From the NCBI RefSeq assembly GCF_044324785.1, contig NZ_CP172127.1: a stretch of 64,000 bases of DNA; one strand, written 5' to 3'. Within the stretch, counting starts at the first letter, position 1; every line of letters starts with the position of its first letter. Position numbers and translations under genes: made by a program. The notes under the pieces were generated by a model that saw only the letters and a list, made by a program, of their open reading frames with translations, ran no database searches and was not told where the DNA came from. Of this stretch, positions 11,502-22,612 are shown one piece after another. The stretch comes from Escherichia coli (GTDB taxonomy: Bacteria > Pseudomonadota > Gammaproteobacteria > Enterobacterales > Enterobacteriaceae).

Positions 11502-12221
11502 TCAGCGGCTCATCAACACTTCAGCAATATGCATCACTTTGACTTTCTGCCCTTCCCGTTGTAATCGCCCACTGATGTTCAGCAGGCAACTCACGTCAGC
11601 ACCAATTAAATACTCAGGGCGGACTTCCATCAGGTGCGCAACCTTTTCTTTCACCATCTCGCCGGATATTTCGGCCATTTTGACCGAGAACGTGCCGCCA
11701 AATCCGCAGCAGGTATCCTGTTCAGCAAAGGTCAACAGCTCCAGTCCACGCACATTTTTCAGCAGCGTAAGTGGCTCGTCCTTCACCCCCAGCTTACGGG
11801 CCAGGCTACAAGATGGGTGATACACCGCTCTCCCTTGCAAACTGGCACCTACATCGACTACCCCTAATGTATTAACAATAAAAGAGGTGAGATCCTGCAT
11901 ACGCGCGGCAACCTTTTCGGCACGTGATGCCCATTCAGGTTCATCCGCCAGATACGTCGGGTAACTTTTTACGGCATAGGTGCAAGAGCCAGCCGGTGAA
12001 ATAATGGGATCGTCGTTATCCTCCAGTGCGGCGATCAGATTTTTCATCCCTGGAATCGCTTCTTTGATATAACCACTATTGATCGCAGGCTGACCGCAGC
12101 ATCCCTGTTTCTCCGGGAAATTTACGCGACAGCCGAGTTTTTCCAGTAGCAGCACGGAGTCTCGTGCCATTCTTGATTTCAGGGCGTCACCAATACAGGT
12201 GACAAAGAAATTGACATTCAC
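11502..12221 (-). CDS. ykgE: LutA-like cysteine-rich (CCG-domain) oxidoreductase YkgE
   Basis: CCGQP and CCGFGG motifs. 239 aa, the first gene of the operon. Confidence 0.9.
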   Translation of the reverse strand: MNVNFFVTCIGDALKSRMARDSVLLLEKLGCRVNFPEKQGCCGQPAINSGYIKEAIPGMKNLIAALEDNDDPIISPAGSCTYAVKSYPTYLADEPEWASRAEKVAARMQDLTSFIVNTLGVVDVGASLQGRAVYHPSCSLARKLGVKDEPLTLLKNVRGLELLTFAEQDTCCGFGGTFSVKMAEISGEMVKEKVAHLMEVRPEYLIGADVSCLLNISGRLQREGQKVKVMHIAEVLMSR

Positions 12222-12747
12222 AACTAATACTCCATTACTTCATGCCCATTTATGCCCGATGGTTCCCCCCTTCCGGGGGATCAATCATCAATAAATATGG
12301 CGTTCTTTTTTAATTGGCTAGCAACATACCACCCCTCATTTGTATGACAAATGATAATCTTTCATCCAAACTTCAAATGCAATAACTAATTTTATTTCTT
12401 TCGGCATCGCTCACATTTTATAGGGAAATCGACGATCATTTTTGGCATAAGAAATCCATTTAAAAAGGCTACATCCCTTATACCTATTCAGTGCTACTTA
12501 TTCAGGGGTTATTGAGATATACACTGATGGTGTACAAACAAAATCACCAACAATAATTACGTATCAAGTAATAATCGGCATTTTATTTAATTGAAGCAAT
12601 TTAGTTTGCATTTTTATTTAAAAACTGAGCTAGAGTCCATCAGAAAAAATATATAAAGCCCAAACCACCGTTGGAAATAGAAATAGTTGAAAGGCTCACA
12701 ACTCCCGGAATGCGGATTATCTTTGCCCTGATTTCTGGCGGTTTTAT

Positions 12748-13602
12748 TCAGGGTGCAAGCTGTCTGACCCTTTCCCGATATTCTCCCGGAGTACAACCAA
12801 ACTCGCGGACAAACGCCTTGTGAAAAGAGGATTCACTGGCATAGCCTACTGACTCAGCGATCACCGCAACAGGGAGCGTTTCCCGGGAAAACATCTGGGC
12901 CGCTATTTGTAGACGCAACTTTGTTAATACAGACAGCGGCGTGGTTCCGGAAACATCACGGAAAAGCAGGGCAAAACTTGCCCGGGACATGTGGGCGATG
13001 CTGGCCAGCGATTCGACGGTCCAGGCGTGTCCTGGCATTTCCAGCATTTGCTGTATTACCGCACCAAGACGTGGATGCAGAAGCAAACTGAGAATGTTTT
13101 TCTCAGTATTAACCTGTGCAATCCACTCACGCACCGCGAGGATAAAGAATGTAGCGCAGATCTGGCTACACAGTGCATCCACTCCCGGCATTGCCGATCT
13201 GGATTCCTGTTGTAAAAACGGGATCGCCTCCCTCAGCCAGTTATATTCCACGCTGTGGTTAACCGGTGCTAAAAACAGCGTTTCCGGCAAAGACGTTAAA
13301 AAATAACGCGCCGAATGTTGCAGCCGAAGAGTGCCGCAGACAATACAGGTCGATTCATTATCGACATGACTCAGGCGATGAGCTGAATTTTGTGGTAGCA
13401 GGACCACATTTCCCGGGCGTAATGTAAAAATCTCCCCCGTCGGCATTTCCAGCTTCGCCGCTCCTTGCGTTAACGCATGCCAACGAATAACCGATAATTC
13501 CCCGGCACCATGTGGAAGCTGCCAGTCACTTCCTAACACGCAATTCTTATCGATCGTTCCTTGTGGAGCGTTAAGCATCAACAAACGGCTAAGGGCATCC
13601 AT
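12748..13602 (-). CDS. rclR: AraC-family reactive-chlorine-responsive activator RclR
   Basis: C-terminal AraC HTH (SIAHMSRASFALLFRDVSG...ESVGYASESSFHKAF). It is divergent from rclABC. Confidence 0.9.
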   Translation of the reverse strand: MDALSRLLMLNAPQGTIDKNCVLGSDWQLPHGAGELSVIRWHALTQGAAKLEMPTGEIFTLRPGNVVLLPQNSAHRLSHVDNESTCIVCGTLRLQHSARYFLTSLPETLFLAPVNHSVEYNWLREAIPFLQQESRSAMPGVDALCSQICATFFILAVREWIAQVNTEKNILSLLLHPRLGAVIQQMLEMPGHAWTVESLASIAHMSRASFALLFRDVSGTTPLSVLTKLRLQIAAQMFSRETLPVAVIAESVGYASESSFHKAFVREFGCTPGEYRERVRQLAP

Positions 13603-13827
13603 ATCAGACTCCTGAGTGGTTTTTGATTACAAACACCAACAATCTTACACAATAATTAATCTAATACCATCAAATGGTTAATCATGGTTATTGTTTTTTG
13701 ACTCTGATTAAGAAAAAGAAAATACCAGACGATAAGACAAAATATCAAGCGTTGTGAAGAAATGTTATTTGCTCTTTTGCGTCTATAGTCATGATGTCAA
13801 ATGAACGCGTTTCGACAGGAAATCATC

Positions 13828-15153
13828 ATGAATAAATATCAGGCAGTGATTATTGGTTTTGGCAAGGCTGGAAAAACATTAGCCGTCACGCTGGCAAAAG
13901 CAGGTTGGCGAGTGGCTCTCATCGAACAATCAAATGCAATGTATGGCGGGACCTGTATTAATATCGGCTGCATCCCAACCAAAACATTGGTTCATGACGC
14001 ACAGCAGCACACAGATTTTGTCCGTGCCATACAGCGTAAAAATGAAGTGGTTAATTTTTTACGTAATAAGAATTTTCATAATCTTGCGGATATGCCCAAT
14101 ATCGACGTGATCGACGGCCAGGCGGAGTTTATCAATAATCATAGCCTGCGTGTTCATCGGCCTGGGGGAAATCTGGAGATTCATGGCGAGAAAATTTTTA
14201 TTAATACCGGTGCACAAGCCGTGGTTCCGCCAATTCCTGGAATTACCACCACGCCTGGTGTATATGACAGCACCGGATTACTTAATCTAAAAGAATTGCC
14301 TGGGCATTTAGGTATTTTGGGCGGCGGATATATTGGCGTTGAGTTCGCCTCTATGTTCGCTAATTTTGGCAGCAAAGTAACCATTTTAGAAGCAGCTTCG
14401 CTGTTTTTGCCTCGGGAAGATCGGGATATTGCTGATAATATCGCGACGATTTTACGCGATCAGGGCGTCGATATTATCCTCAATGCCCATGTGGAGCGAA
14501 TCAGTCACCATGAAAATCAAGTGCAAGTGCATAGCGAGCACGCCCAACTGGCGGTGGATGCACTGTTAATAGCTTCCGGTCGTCAACCGGCTACCGCTTC
14601 GTTACATCCAGAAAATGCCGGTATCGCAGTAAACGAGCGCGGGGCAATTGTCGTTGACAAGCGATTACATACCACCGCAGACAATATTTGGGCGATGGGA
14701 GATGTTACCGGCGGGCTGCAATTTACTTACATATCACTGGATGATTACCGCATTGTACGTGATGAGTTACTGGGTGAAGGCAAACGTAGTACTGATGATC
14801 GGAAAAATGTGCCTTATTCCGTATTTATGACACCGCCCCTGTCCAGGGTTGGTATGACAGAAGAACAAGCCAGAGAGAGTGGTGCTGATATTCAGGTGGT
14901 GACATTGCCTGTAGCTGCAATTCCCCGCGCCAGAGTGATGAACGATACCCGTGGGGTATTAAAAGCGATTGTTGATAATAAAACCCAACGTATATTAGGG
15001 GCATCACTGCTGTGTGTTGACTCCCACGAGATGATTAATATAGTGAAAATGGTGATGGATGCCGGACTGCCTTATAGCATATTACGCGATCAGATATTTA
15101 CTCATCCGTCGATGAGCGAATCACTCAATGATCTATTTTCATTAGTCAAATAA
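13828..15153 (+). CDS. rclA: pyridine nucleotide-disulfide oxidoreductase RclA
   Basis: GFGKAGK dinucleotide fold and redox-active GGTCINIGCIPTK. Start at MNKYQAVIIGFG gives 441 aa. Confidence 0.9.
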   Translation: MNKYQAVIIGFGKAGKTLAVTLAKAGWRVALIEQSNAMYGGTCINIGCIPTKTLVHDAQQHTDFVRAIQRKNEVVNFLRNKNFHNLADMPNIDVIDGQAEFINNHSLRVHRPGGNLEIHGEKIFINTGAQAVVPPIPGITTTPGVYDSTGLLNLKELPGHLGILGGGYIGVEFASMFANFGSKVTILEAASLFLPREDRDIADNIATILRDQGVDIILNAHVERISHHENQVQVHSEHAQLAVDALLIASGRQPATASLHPENAGIAVNERGAIVVDKRLHTTADNIWAMGDVTGGLQFTYISLDDYRIVRDELLGEGKRSTDDRKNVPYSVFMTPPLSRVGMTEEQARESGADIQVVTLPVAAIPRARVMNDTRGVLKAIVDNKTQRILGASLLCVDSHEMINIVKMVMDAGLPYSILRDQIFTHPSMSESLNDLFSLVK

Positions 15154-15261
15154 ACTCAAAATCAGACGCCAGAACAAATATTCTGGCGTCTCAGAGAAAA
15201 GAATCTTATTAATTCTCTGTTACTCTATAAATTCTTAATCACTTCATTGATGGTATTTTAT

Positions 15262-15498
15262 ATGTTTAAAAAATCCGTTTTATTTGCAACACTATTATCT
15301 GGCGTTATGGCATTTTCCACCAATGCAGATGATAAAATAATTCTGAAACATATCAGCGTCTCGTCAGTATCAGCATCACCGACAGTTCTGGAGGATACCA
15401 TTGCTGATATAGCCAGAAAATATAATGCTTCATCCTGGAAAGTCACATCGATGCGAATTGATAATAATTCAACCGCAACAGCAGTATTGTATAAATAA
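15262..15498 (+). CDS. rclB: small periplasmic protein RclB
   Basis: 78 aa with a signal peptide, MFKKSVLFATLLSGVMAFSTNA. It lies between rclA and rclC. Confidence 0.85.
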   Translation: MFKKSVLFATLLSGVMAFSTNADDKIILKHISVSSVSASPTVLEDTIADIARKYNASSWKVTSMRIDNNSTATAVLYK

Positions 15499-15509
15499 GG
15501 ATGTTCACA

Positions 15510-16103
15510 ATGGAAAAATACCTGCACCTGTTAAGTCGGGGAGATAAAATTGGCCTGACATTGATTCGTCTGAGTATTGCGATTGTTTTTATGTGGATTG
15601 GGTTATTAAAGTTTGTCCCTTACGAGGCAGACAGCATTACACCATTCGTCGCAAACAGTCCACTAATGTCGTTCTTTTATGAACACCCGGAAGACTATAA
15701 ACAGTATCTGACTCACGAAGGCGAATACAAACCAGAAGCAAGGGCATGGCAATCGGCCAATAATACCTATGGTTTTTCCAACGGTCTTGGCGTCGTGGAG
15801 GTGATTATTGCTCTGCTGGTTTTGGCTAATCCTGTCAATCGCTGGTTAGGTTTATTGGGAGGGCTGATGGCATTTACCACACCGTTGGTAACACTCTCAT
15901 TTTTAATCACCACCCCGGAGGCATGGGTACCCGCATTGGGTGACGCTCATCATGGTTTCCCTTATTTATCCGGTGCTGGTCGCCTGGTATTGAAAGATAC
16001 TCTGATGCTGGCAGGTGCTGTCATGATAATGGCAGATTCGGCGCGGGACATTCTTAAACAACGCAGTAATGAATCCAGTTCAACGTTAAAAACTGAATAT
16101 TGA
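15510..16103 (+). CDS. rclC: inner-membrane protein RclC
   Basis: 197-aa multi-TM ORF starting MEKYLHLLSRGDK. It is the last gene of rclABC. Confidence 0.85.
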   Translation: MEKYLHLLSRGDKIGLTLIRLSIAIVFMWIGLLKFVPYEADSITPFVANSPLMSFFYEHPEDYKQYLTHEGEYKPEARAWQSANNTYGFSNGLGVVEVIIALLVLANPVNRWLGLLGGLMAFTTPLVTLSFLITTPEAWVPALGDAHHGFPYLSGAGRLVLKDTLMLAGAVMIMADSARDILKQRSNESSSTLKTEY

Positions 16104-16262
16104 TAATCCGAACACTGTCTGTTGTTCACTTTTTCAGGCGTCAGGCCCCCTTTCTGATGATGAAGCCTGACGCCATATTACTGGAGATATGACAGAGTGA
16201 AGATCAATATCACTCCCCTGTTAAAAGATTCTTGTCGTCTCAGGTAAAATACATGATTAATA

Positions 16263-17132
16263 TCAATCATGTATTTTTACAGCAAGACAACCACGAACAA
16301 ATTCAGGATTAAAATGTTTTACCGACTCCCCAACATAACCCAAATCAAGCGAACTAATTTGTGCCATTTCTTTCTCTGTCAGTGAGAAATCCCAGATAGC
16401 AAAATTTTCTTCGATACGCTGTTGATGTGTCGATTTCGGAATAACGACCACTCCCCGTTGAATATTCCAACGCAGAATGACTTGAGAAATCGATTTTTGA
16501 TGGGCATCTGCAATACTCTGAAGCAGATTATTTTCAAAGGGTTTATGTCGTCCACCACCTAACGGAGCCCATGCTTCAGGCTGCACGTTATAATACTTCA
16601 TGGTTGCCAGCGCCTCTGGTTGGGCAAAATAGGGATGCAACTCGACCTGGTTGACCATCGGTTTAACTCTTACCGTTTCACAAAAGTTCGCCAGAACATG
16701 AGGATAGAAATTGGAAACCCCAATTGCTTTTAATTTGCCCTCTTCATAGGCATCTTCGAGTGCACGCCACGCACTGAAATAATCGCGCATAGCCTGGTGC
16801 AATAAATAGAGGTCGAAGTATTCTAGTCCCGATTTTTTTAATGACGCTTCAATACCTGCTTTTGCCGTATCCTGATTCAACATATCCTGCACCCACAATT
16901 TAGACGTTATAAATAACTCATCTCGGGTACATAAACCTTCAGATATAGCTTCACGAACGGCTTCACCGACGGCATCTTCATTACCGTATACCGCTGCAGT
17001 GTCGATGAGTCGATAACCCGTGCGGATAGCGTTCAACACTGACTGTTTGCACACGTTTTTATCGGTAACCTGAAAAACACCAAATCCCATCATCGGCATT
17101 TTCAGATTGTTACTTAATACGGAAAATTCCAC
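16263..17132 (-). CDS. aldo-keto reductase (intact; occupies the position of the K-12 ykgQ remnant)
   Basis: AKR motifs GFGVFQ, IDTAAVYGNE, LHQ, GVSNF. Start proposed at GTG 17132, 7 nt after GGAGGG; ATG 17147 is the alternative. Confidence 0.8.
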   Translation of the reverse strand: MEFSVLSNNLKMPMMGFGVFQVTDKNVCKQSVLNAIRTGYRLIDTAAVYGNEDAVGEAVREAISEGLCTRDELFITSKLWVQDMLNQDTAKAGIEASLKKSGLEYFDLYLLHQAMRDYFSAWRALEDAYEEGKLKAIGVSNFYPHVLANFCETVRVKPMVNQVELHPYFAQPEALATMKYYNVQPEAWAPLGGGRHKPFENNLLQSIADAHQKSISQVILRWNIQRGVVVIPKSTHQQRIEENFAIWDFSLTEKEMAQISSLDLGYVGESVKHFNPEFVRGCLAVKIHD

Positions 17133-17380
17133 TGTCAGTCCCTCCATTAGGCATGAACAATGAGTCTACGTTAAAACGTAACCTCAAATTAGTATGTGGA
17201 TTTTGATATCACTTATGCAAAAAATTCATTAATAATGTAGGGTTGAAACCTCTCTATTTTCGGGGACAACGAAGCAGACGCTATCAGTGCTTTTGCCTTG
17301 CGCCTTGCTGTTTTTGATACACTTAGGGCCCAGGACATAACGAAAATGTGCGATATGACAAAGAATTAACGGAGAATGTG

Positions 17381-18238
17381 ATGATCAGGCAGAAGATTCT
17401 ACAGCAGCTCCTGGAGTGGATTGAGTGCAATCTTGAGCACCCTATTTCAATCGAAGATATCGCACAGAAATCTGGCTACAGCAGACGCAACATCCAGCTT
17501 CTGTTCCGAAATTTCATGCATGTGCCTTTGGGAGAATACATTCGCAAACGAAGGCTTTGTCGTGCCGCCATTCTTGTCCGGCTCACCGCGAAATCTATGC
17601 TTGATATTGCACTTTCTTTGCATTTTGATTCACAGCAGTCATTCAGCCGCGAATTTAAAAAGTTATTCGGCTGCTCTCCCCGTGAATACCGCCACCGTGA
17701 TTATTGGGATCTCGCAAATATCTTCCCTTCTTTTTTAATACGTCAACAACAAAAGACGGAGTGTAGATTAGTCAACTTTCCTGAGACACCTATTTTTGGC
17801 AACTCATTTAAATATGACATTGAAGTGTCGAATAAATCACCGGATGAAGAAGTCAAACTGCGACGTCATCATTTATCCAGATGTATGAATAATTTTAAGA
17901 CGGATATCTATTTCGTCTCCACGTTTGAACCGTCAACAAAATCGGTCGATTTGCTCACGGTTGAAACTTTTGCCGGTACGGTATGCAAACAAACCGATTC
18001 AGAGATGCCGAAAGAGTGGACAATTAACCGAGGACTGTATGCCTCTTTCCGCTATGAAGGTGAGTGGGAGCACTACCCTGAATGGGCGCGAAACCTCTAT
18101 CTGATGGAATTACCTGCCAGGGGGTTAGCCAGAGTGAACGGCAGTGATATTGAGCGGTTTTATTACAATGAAAACTTCGTCGAAATTGATAGCAATAACA
18201 TTGTTTGCGAAATTTTTATCCCCGTTCGTCCGGTTTAG
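17381..18238 (+). CDS. ykgA: AraC/Rob-like regulator with a C-terminal GyrI-like effector domain
   Basis: N-terminal double HTH (IEDIAQKSGYSRRNIQLLF ... ALSLHFDSQQSFSREFKKLFG). Start at ATG 17381 (MIRQKILQQLLEWIE). The symbol is assigned from synteny only. Confidence 0.7.
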   Translation: MIRQKILQQLLEWIECNLEHPISIEDIAQKSGYSRRNIQLLFRNFMHVPLGEYIRKRRLCRAAILVRLTAKSMLDIALSLHFDSQQSFSREFKKLFGCSPREYRHRDYWDLANIFPSFLIRQQQKTECRLVNFPETPIFGNSFKYDIEVSNKSPDEEVKLRRHHLSRCMNNFKTDIYFVSTFEPSTKSVDLLTVETFAGTVCKQTDSEMPKEWTINRGLYASFRYEGEWEHYPEWARNLYLMELPARGLARVNGSDIERFYYNENFVEIDSNNIVCEIFIPVRPV

Positions 18239-18358
18239 TTGTCGCTAAATCTAAGTGAATATATAACGAGACTACTGTCAGGAAATTCAATAAATAATGG
18301 CGTTGAATATGTCAACGCCATTAATGTTTATTAGAATGCTACTTTCATATTCTTAAAA

Positions 18359-21300
18359 TTATTTCATCGCCTCCTCGTCCTTTGCCGTATCGGCATCCAC
18401 CGCGGTAATGGTCACCGTCACTGGCTTCATTTCGTACCCGCCATACGTCAGGGCGTTAAATGTGAACGTATAGACACCAGGCTTGCTGGTACTAAATTTA
18501 CGCGTGATTTTTCCGCTCACGAAATGGTCATTTTTCGACGGCAGGAATTGATAATCCTTCTCCGTCACTCCTTCCGGAGCCTCAATGTCGACCCACACAT
18601 TCCCGCCAACAGGGTTATTTGCCGAGAACAGGGTCACCTCCAGCTTCGCAGTCGATTTCCCATCCGCCACCAGCGATTGCACATCAGATGATGCGGTGAG
18701 CTCCGCGTTTTTATCATCCGCGACGAATTTAGATTCGGCAGTTTTCGTTGATACCTGACCGTTGGTCTGACTCACTTGCGCCTTGAGTGTGTATGTCGCC
18801 GCAACAGTAGTGGTAGCGGTGAAAATAGCCTGCCCTTGCTCATTCGTTGTCGCAGTGCCATTCGGTTCCAGGTTTAACGAAGCCGGGCTGGCAGTCAGCG
18901 TCACGTCGCTATCTTTCAACAGGTTGTTATTGGCATCAGTCACCGTAACTTTATACGTCTGTTTGGCTTTGCCGTCCGCCAGCGCATAGTTGCCAATCAC
19001 CTCAATACCGGAGACGGTTGCGGTAGTCTTATCGGCTACAAACGTTATAGTCTGCGTATTCGAAGGCTGGCTATTCCCTGCCGATGCCGTGATCTCATAC
19101 GTTCCGGCAGTCACTGAAACCACCTGCAACTCTGCTTTCCCCTCATCGTTGGCTTTCACCCAGACATTATCGCCAGTAAGCGGCTTGACACCCCGGGGCA
19201 GATTAAAGGTCACCAGAGTTCCTGGAACAGGGTTACCGTTTTTATCCTCAACGGTCGCCGTCAGCGTAAAGGCATCTTTGCCGTTTGCCACTTTTTGAAC
19301 GGCGGTGTCTACCTGCAGGTTTGCCTGACCGGTGCTGGCATCCGCGTTGAATTTCACCGTGACCGTCTTCTGAGAGTTTTTCACCACGGCCGCGATTTCA
19401 AGTTCCCCTGCAACGGTTGATATCAACTCAATATCCGCTTTCCCTGCCGCATTGGTTGTTACTGTATTCCCCGTCTTGCTGGTCACACCCTGCGGTAAAG
19501 TCAGCGTAACTTCTTGCCCCTGCAACGGGTTACCATAGCTGTCCACGACGGTCAGGGTTACCTGGTTAGCAGACTGTCCATTTGCCAGTTGGTTATTCAC
19601 CTTCACCGCCATATCACTGATCACTGCCCGGGAAGCGTCGCCTGCAACATTCAGCACCAGTGGCTGAGCAACGGCATTTTGGCCGTTCACGCGCGGCATG
19701 ACTGATAGCTGACCTGCAGCCGATCCCAGCGTTAAGGTCGCCACGTAGACCCCATTACTTTGCTCTGTCCAGCTTCCTGCTGAAGGTCGCGCTGATCCCG
19801 TGCTGGCGGCACCGCTAAACACTGGTGCATCTGGCTTCAGCCCGGTGACCGGGTTCCCGTACGCATCCTTCACGGTGAAGGTGAGTTCCGTCGTCGTTTT
19901 AACCGTTGGAGTCTTATTGTCCGCAACAAGCGTAGAGTTCGCTGATGACATCTCCCCGGCGATGACCGTCAACTGCGCGGCTTCGGTGGCTGCTGGCTGG
20001 CCGTTGAAGAGAGGCATGACACGAAGCTCGCCCGTCTTTCCGCCTGTGGTCAACGTAGCAACATAGTAACCGTCACCTTTTTCGGTCCAACTGGAAATAG
20101 TCGCCCCTTCAGAGGCGGTCCCCGTCAAACTTGCCGACAACGAAAGACCACTGATAGCGTTGCCATGCGCATCTTTCGCCACCAGCGTCACGGTTGTGCT
20201 TTCGCCTGCTTTTACGCGATCTGCGGCTACAGACACTGTCGACTGGCCTGAAGATAACGCATCAGCCACCACGGTTACTTTTGCCGCGTTTGCTGCCGCA
20301 TCCTGTCCATTTAGCTTCGGCATAACTTCTAATTCACCCGCCGTAGAGCCGAGAGTAATCTGCGCAGTCCACGTCCCATCACCATTATTTGTCCAGCCAG
20401 ATGCCGTAGAACCTACAGCAGCGGCACCCGCTAATGACGGCGCTTCCGGCGTGAGGCTGGTCACAGGGTTGTCATTGGCATCTTTTGTCGACCAGATTGC
20501 CGTAAGCGTACCGCCGACCACCGGTTTATCAGGATTCAGGGTGATGGACGAATGTGCTGCATCAAGCGGCCCGGCAACAAACTTCAGCGTTTGTTGTAAT
20601 GTGCCCAGCTGATACTGCTCGCTGAAGGCACGCACAACAACGTTTCCGGCACGGGTCGAAGAAACCGTGGCGCTGTAAACCCCAGGTTTTATTTCCGAAA
20701 TGGCACCAACGGTAACACCATTAGTGTCTTGCGGAACAAGTCGCAGGCGGCTGGCTTCTCCCGTCACCGGATTACCCTCGGAGTCCACCGCAGTCAGCGT
20801 CAGCGTGTAGGCTTGCTGACCATCAGCAACCACGTCACCTGACGGCTCGTTAGCGCTCAGGGTGGAGTTTGCCACATCCATCATCGTGGCCCGCAGTTCT
20901 GCAGTGACGGTTTTGCTCATGCCATCAACGCTAACAGTAATCGTTGCCTCACCTGACTGCGTTCCGGTCGTAAAGACAGACTGGTACACCCCTGCTTCAG
21001 TTTCGGTGAACTCACCCAGTGTGGGCTGTGCCTGTGATTTAGTGGCCTTCAGGGTACGAGTCACAATATTTCCAGCCGGTTTGAAGGTTAGTTCAGTCTT
21101 GATCTGCTCCTTCATGCCCGTGACTGGCTGGCCCTCGGCGTCGCGCAGAGACAGCACCAGCGGCTTTTGCTCATTACCGTTAGCAAGCATTTGAATACGG
21201 CTCTGACCGTCAAGCGTTAACGCCGTGCGATCGGCGCTCATACCAGCTCCGGTAATAACCACTTCTGTCTGCACACGTTTCGAGGCATTACCTTTCTTAT

Positions 21301-22612
21301 CGTAGGCAACTGCTGAAATCGCATAATAATTGTCTTTGCCTGGACGGTAAGCCGGGAGCGTTACTTGCCACTGACTACCCTGACCGGTAATTTTGCCACC
21401 TTCAGCCAGTAATGACGGCGCTTCCCACTGCACATTTTTCAGTCCGTGAGTTGCTTTGCTCACCACAAGTCCCAGGGAAAGTGTCTGACCGCCCTTGCCT
21501 TCAATACGCTCAGGCAGAGCAATACGAATCACTTCAGATTTGCGGTACTCAAGAACGATGTTGTTATTACGCTCAACCAGGTCATAGCGGCTGCCTGCCA
21601 GCATTCGACGCTCGCGAATGCTGTCTGTATCGAGTTGTTTTTCCAGAGGTTCGCCAATTCGGTAGTTAACTTCCAGGCCAAAGCGAGTGTCATTCTCACC
21701 ACTCTTGCCCTGCTTATGCCCGGCGCTCAGTGTCAGAAGAGGCACTGGTGTATAGGTTACCTCGGCAGAAATAGCATGCGGGTCTTTCTGGCGTTTATCT
21801 TTACCAAACAGCCCGACTTCATCGCCATAATACTGCTCATACATCAGGCTTGCGCCAAGCTGCGGCCAGGCAGGTAAATAGCCCTCAGCACGAATATCCC
21901 AGCCATTCGCCGGGCGTTCCTGATAATCCTCAACATCCGGCGATTTTTTCCAGCCAGAAGCCCGGATATAACCATTGGCGCTCAGTTTCAAATAATCACG
22001 CCAGTATTCCGCACCAACACCAATGCGGGTATGACTACGGGATAAATCATGATCGATAAAAGTGTTCACCCCCGCCATCCAGTCATTTCCTGAAAAATGA
22101 CGCCAGCCAAAACCAATATTTGACTGAGTACGATCGTCGGTACGATGTATTGCCCCCTGAGTGAACAACATATTTGTCGGCGTGTCATAAATCGGATAAA
22201 GCATTTCCAGCGAAGAGTCCTTCAGCGAGAAATCTTTATCGACATTCAGTTTGACGCGCGCAGTACCATATTTCCCGAGCCACTCCTGTATTTCCTGGTT
22301 AGCTTTAGCTGTGGCCATTCCGGTAATAAAGTTACGTGTCGCATCGCTATCTGGCTGACTGCTTAAAAATGTCCCGGCATTTGCGGCAAACGACGCGACA
22401 TTTTTCTCCACGTTATTATCAGCAGTTACCGTAGTATTTCCCATGCTCAACCGTGGCTGAACCGCATGCTGCGCACGTGCCGCCATTACTGGGGTAAAGG
22501 TGACAGCGAGTGGAAAAAGAACCTGAACAGAGATATTTGCCCACGCCACGCAGCGGGCCAGAACTGAATAACGAAATCGTGGTTGTTTATGACCTGTTTT
22601 ATAACGTGACAT
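18359..22612 (-). CDS. eaeH: intimin/invasin-like outer-membrane adhesin with tandem bacterial Ig-like repeats (EaeH/FdeC)
   Basis: 1417-aa ORF. An N-terminal beta-barrel region is followed by more than 10 repeats of the pattern ...TLT..D..GNPV.G.... Confidence 0.9.
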   Translation of the reverse strand: MSRYKTGHKQPRFRYSVLARCVAWANISVQVLFPLAVTFTPVMAARAQHAVQPRLSMGNTTVTADNNVEKNVASFAANAGTFLSSQPDSDATRNFITGMATAKANQEIQEWLGKYGTARVKLNVDKDFSLKDSSLEMLYPIYDTPTNMLFTQGAIHRTDDRTQSNIGFGWRHFSGNDWMAGVNTFIDHDLSRSHTRIGVGAEYWRDYLKLSANGYIRASGWKKSPDVEDYQERPANGWDIRAEGYLPAWPQLGASLMYEQYYGDEVGLFGKDKRQKDPHAISAEVTYTPVPLLTLSAGHKQGKSGENDTRFGLEVNYRIGEPLEKQLDTDSIRERRMLAGSRYDLVERNNNIVLEYRKSEVIRIALPERIEGKGGQTLSLGLVVSKATHGLKNVQWEAPSLLAEGGKITGQGSQWQVTLPAYRPGKDNYYAISAVAYDKKGNASKRVQTEVVITGAGMSADRTALTLDGQSRIQMLANGNEQKPLVLSLRDAEGQPVTGMKEQIKTELTFKPAGNIVTRTLKATKSQAQPTLGEFTETEAGVYQSVFTTGTQSGEATITVSVDGMSKTVTAELRATMMDVANSTLSANEPSGDVVADGQQAYTLTLTAVDSEGNPVTGEASRLRLVPQDTNGVTVGAISEIKPGVYSATVSSTRAGNVVVRAFSEQYQLGTLQQTLKFVAGPLDAAHSSITLNPDKPVVGGTLTAIWSTKDANDNPVTSLTPEAPSLAGAAAVGSTASGWTNNGDGTWTAQITLGSTAGELEVMPKLNGQDAAANAAKVTVVADALSSGQSTVSVAADRVKAGESTTVTLVAKDAHGNAISGLSLSASLTGTASEGATISSWTEKGDGYYVATLTTGGKTGELRVMPLFNGQPAATEAAQLTVIAGEMSSANSTLVADNKTPTVKTTTELTFTVKDAYGNPVTGLKPDAPVFSGAASTGSARPSAGSWTEQSNGVYVATLTLGSAAGQLSVMPRVNGQNAVAQPLVLNVAGDASRAVISDMAVKVNNQLANGQSANQVTLTVVDSYGNPLQGQEVTLTLPQGVTSKTGNTVTTNAAGKADIELISTVAGELEIAAVVKNSQKTVTVKFNADASTGQANLQVDTAVQKVANGKDAFTLTATVEDKNGNPVPGTLVTFNLPRGVKPLTGDNVWVKANDEGKAELQVVSVTAGTYEITASAGNSQPSNTQTITFVADKTTATVSGIEVIGNYALADGKAKQTYKVTVTDANNNLLKDSDVTLTASPASLNLEPNGTATTNEQGQAIFTATTTVAATYTLKAQVSQTNGQVSTKTAESKFVADDKNAELTASSDVQSLVADGKSTAKLEVTLFSANNPVGGNVWVDIEAPEGVTEKDYQFLPSKNDHFVSGKITRKFSTSKPGVYTFTFNALTYGGYEMKPVTVTITAVDADTAKDEEAMK

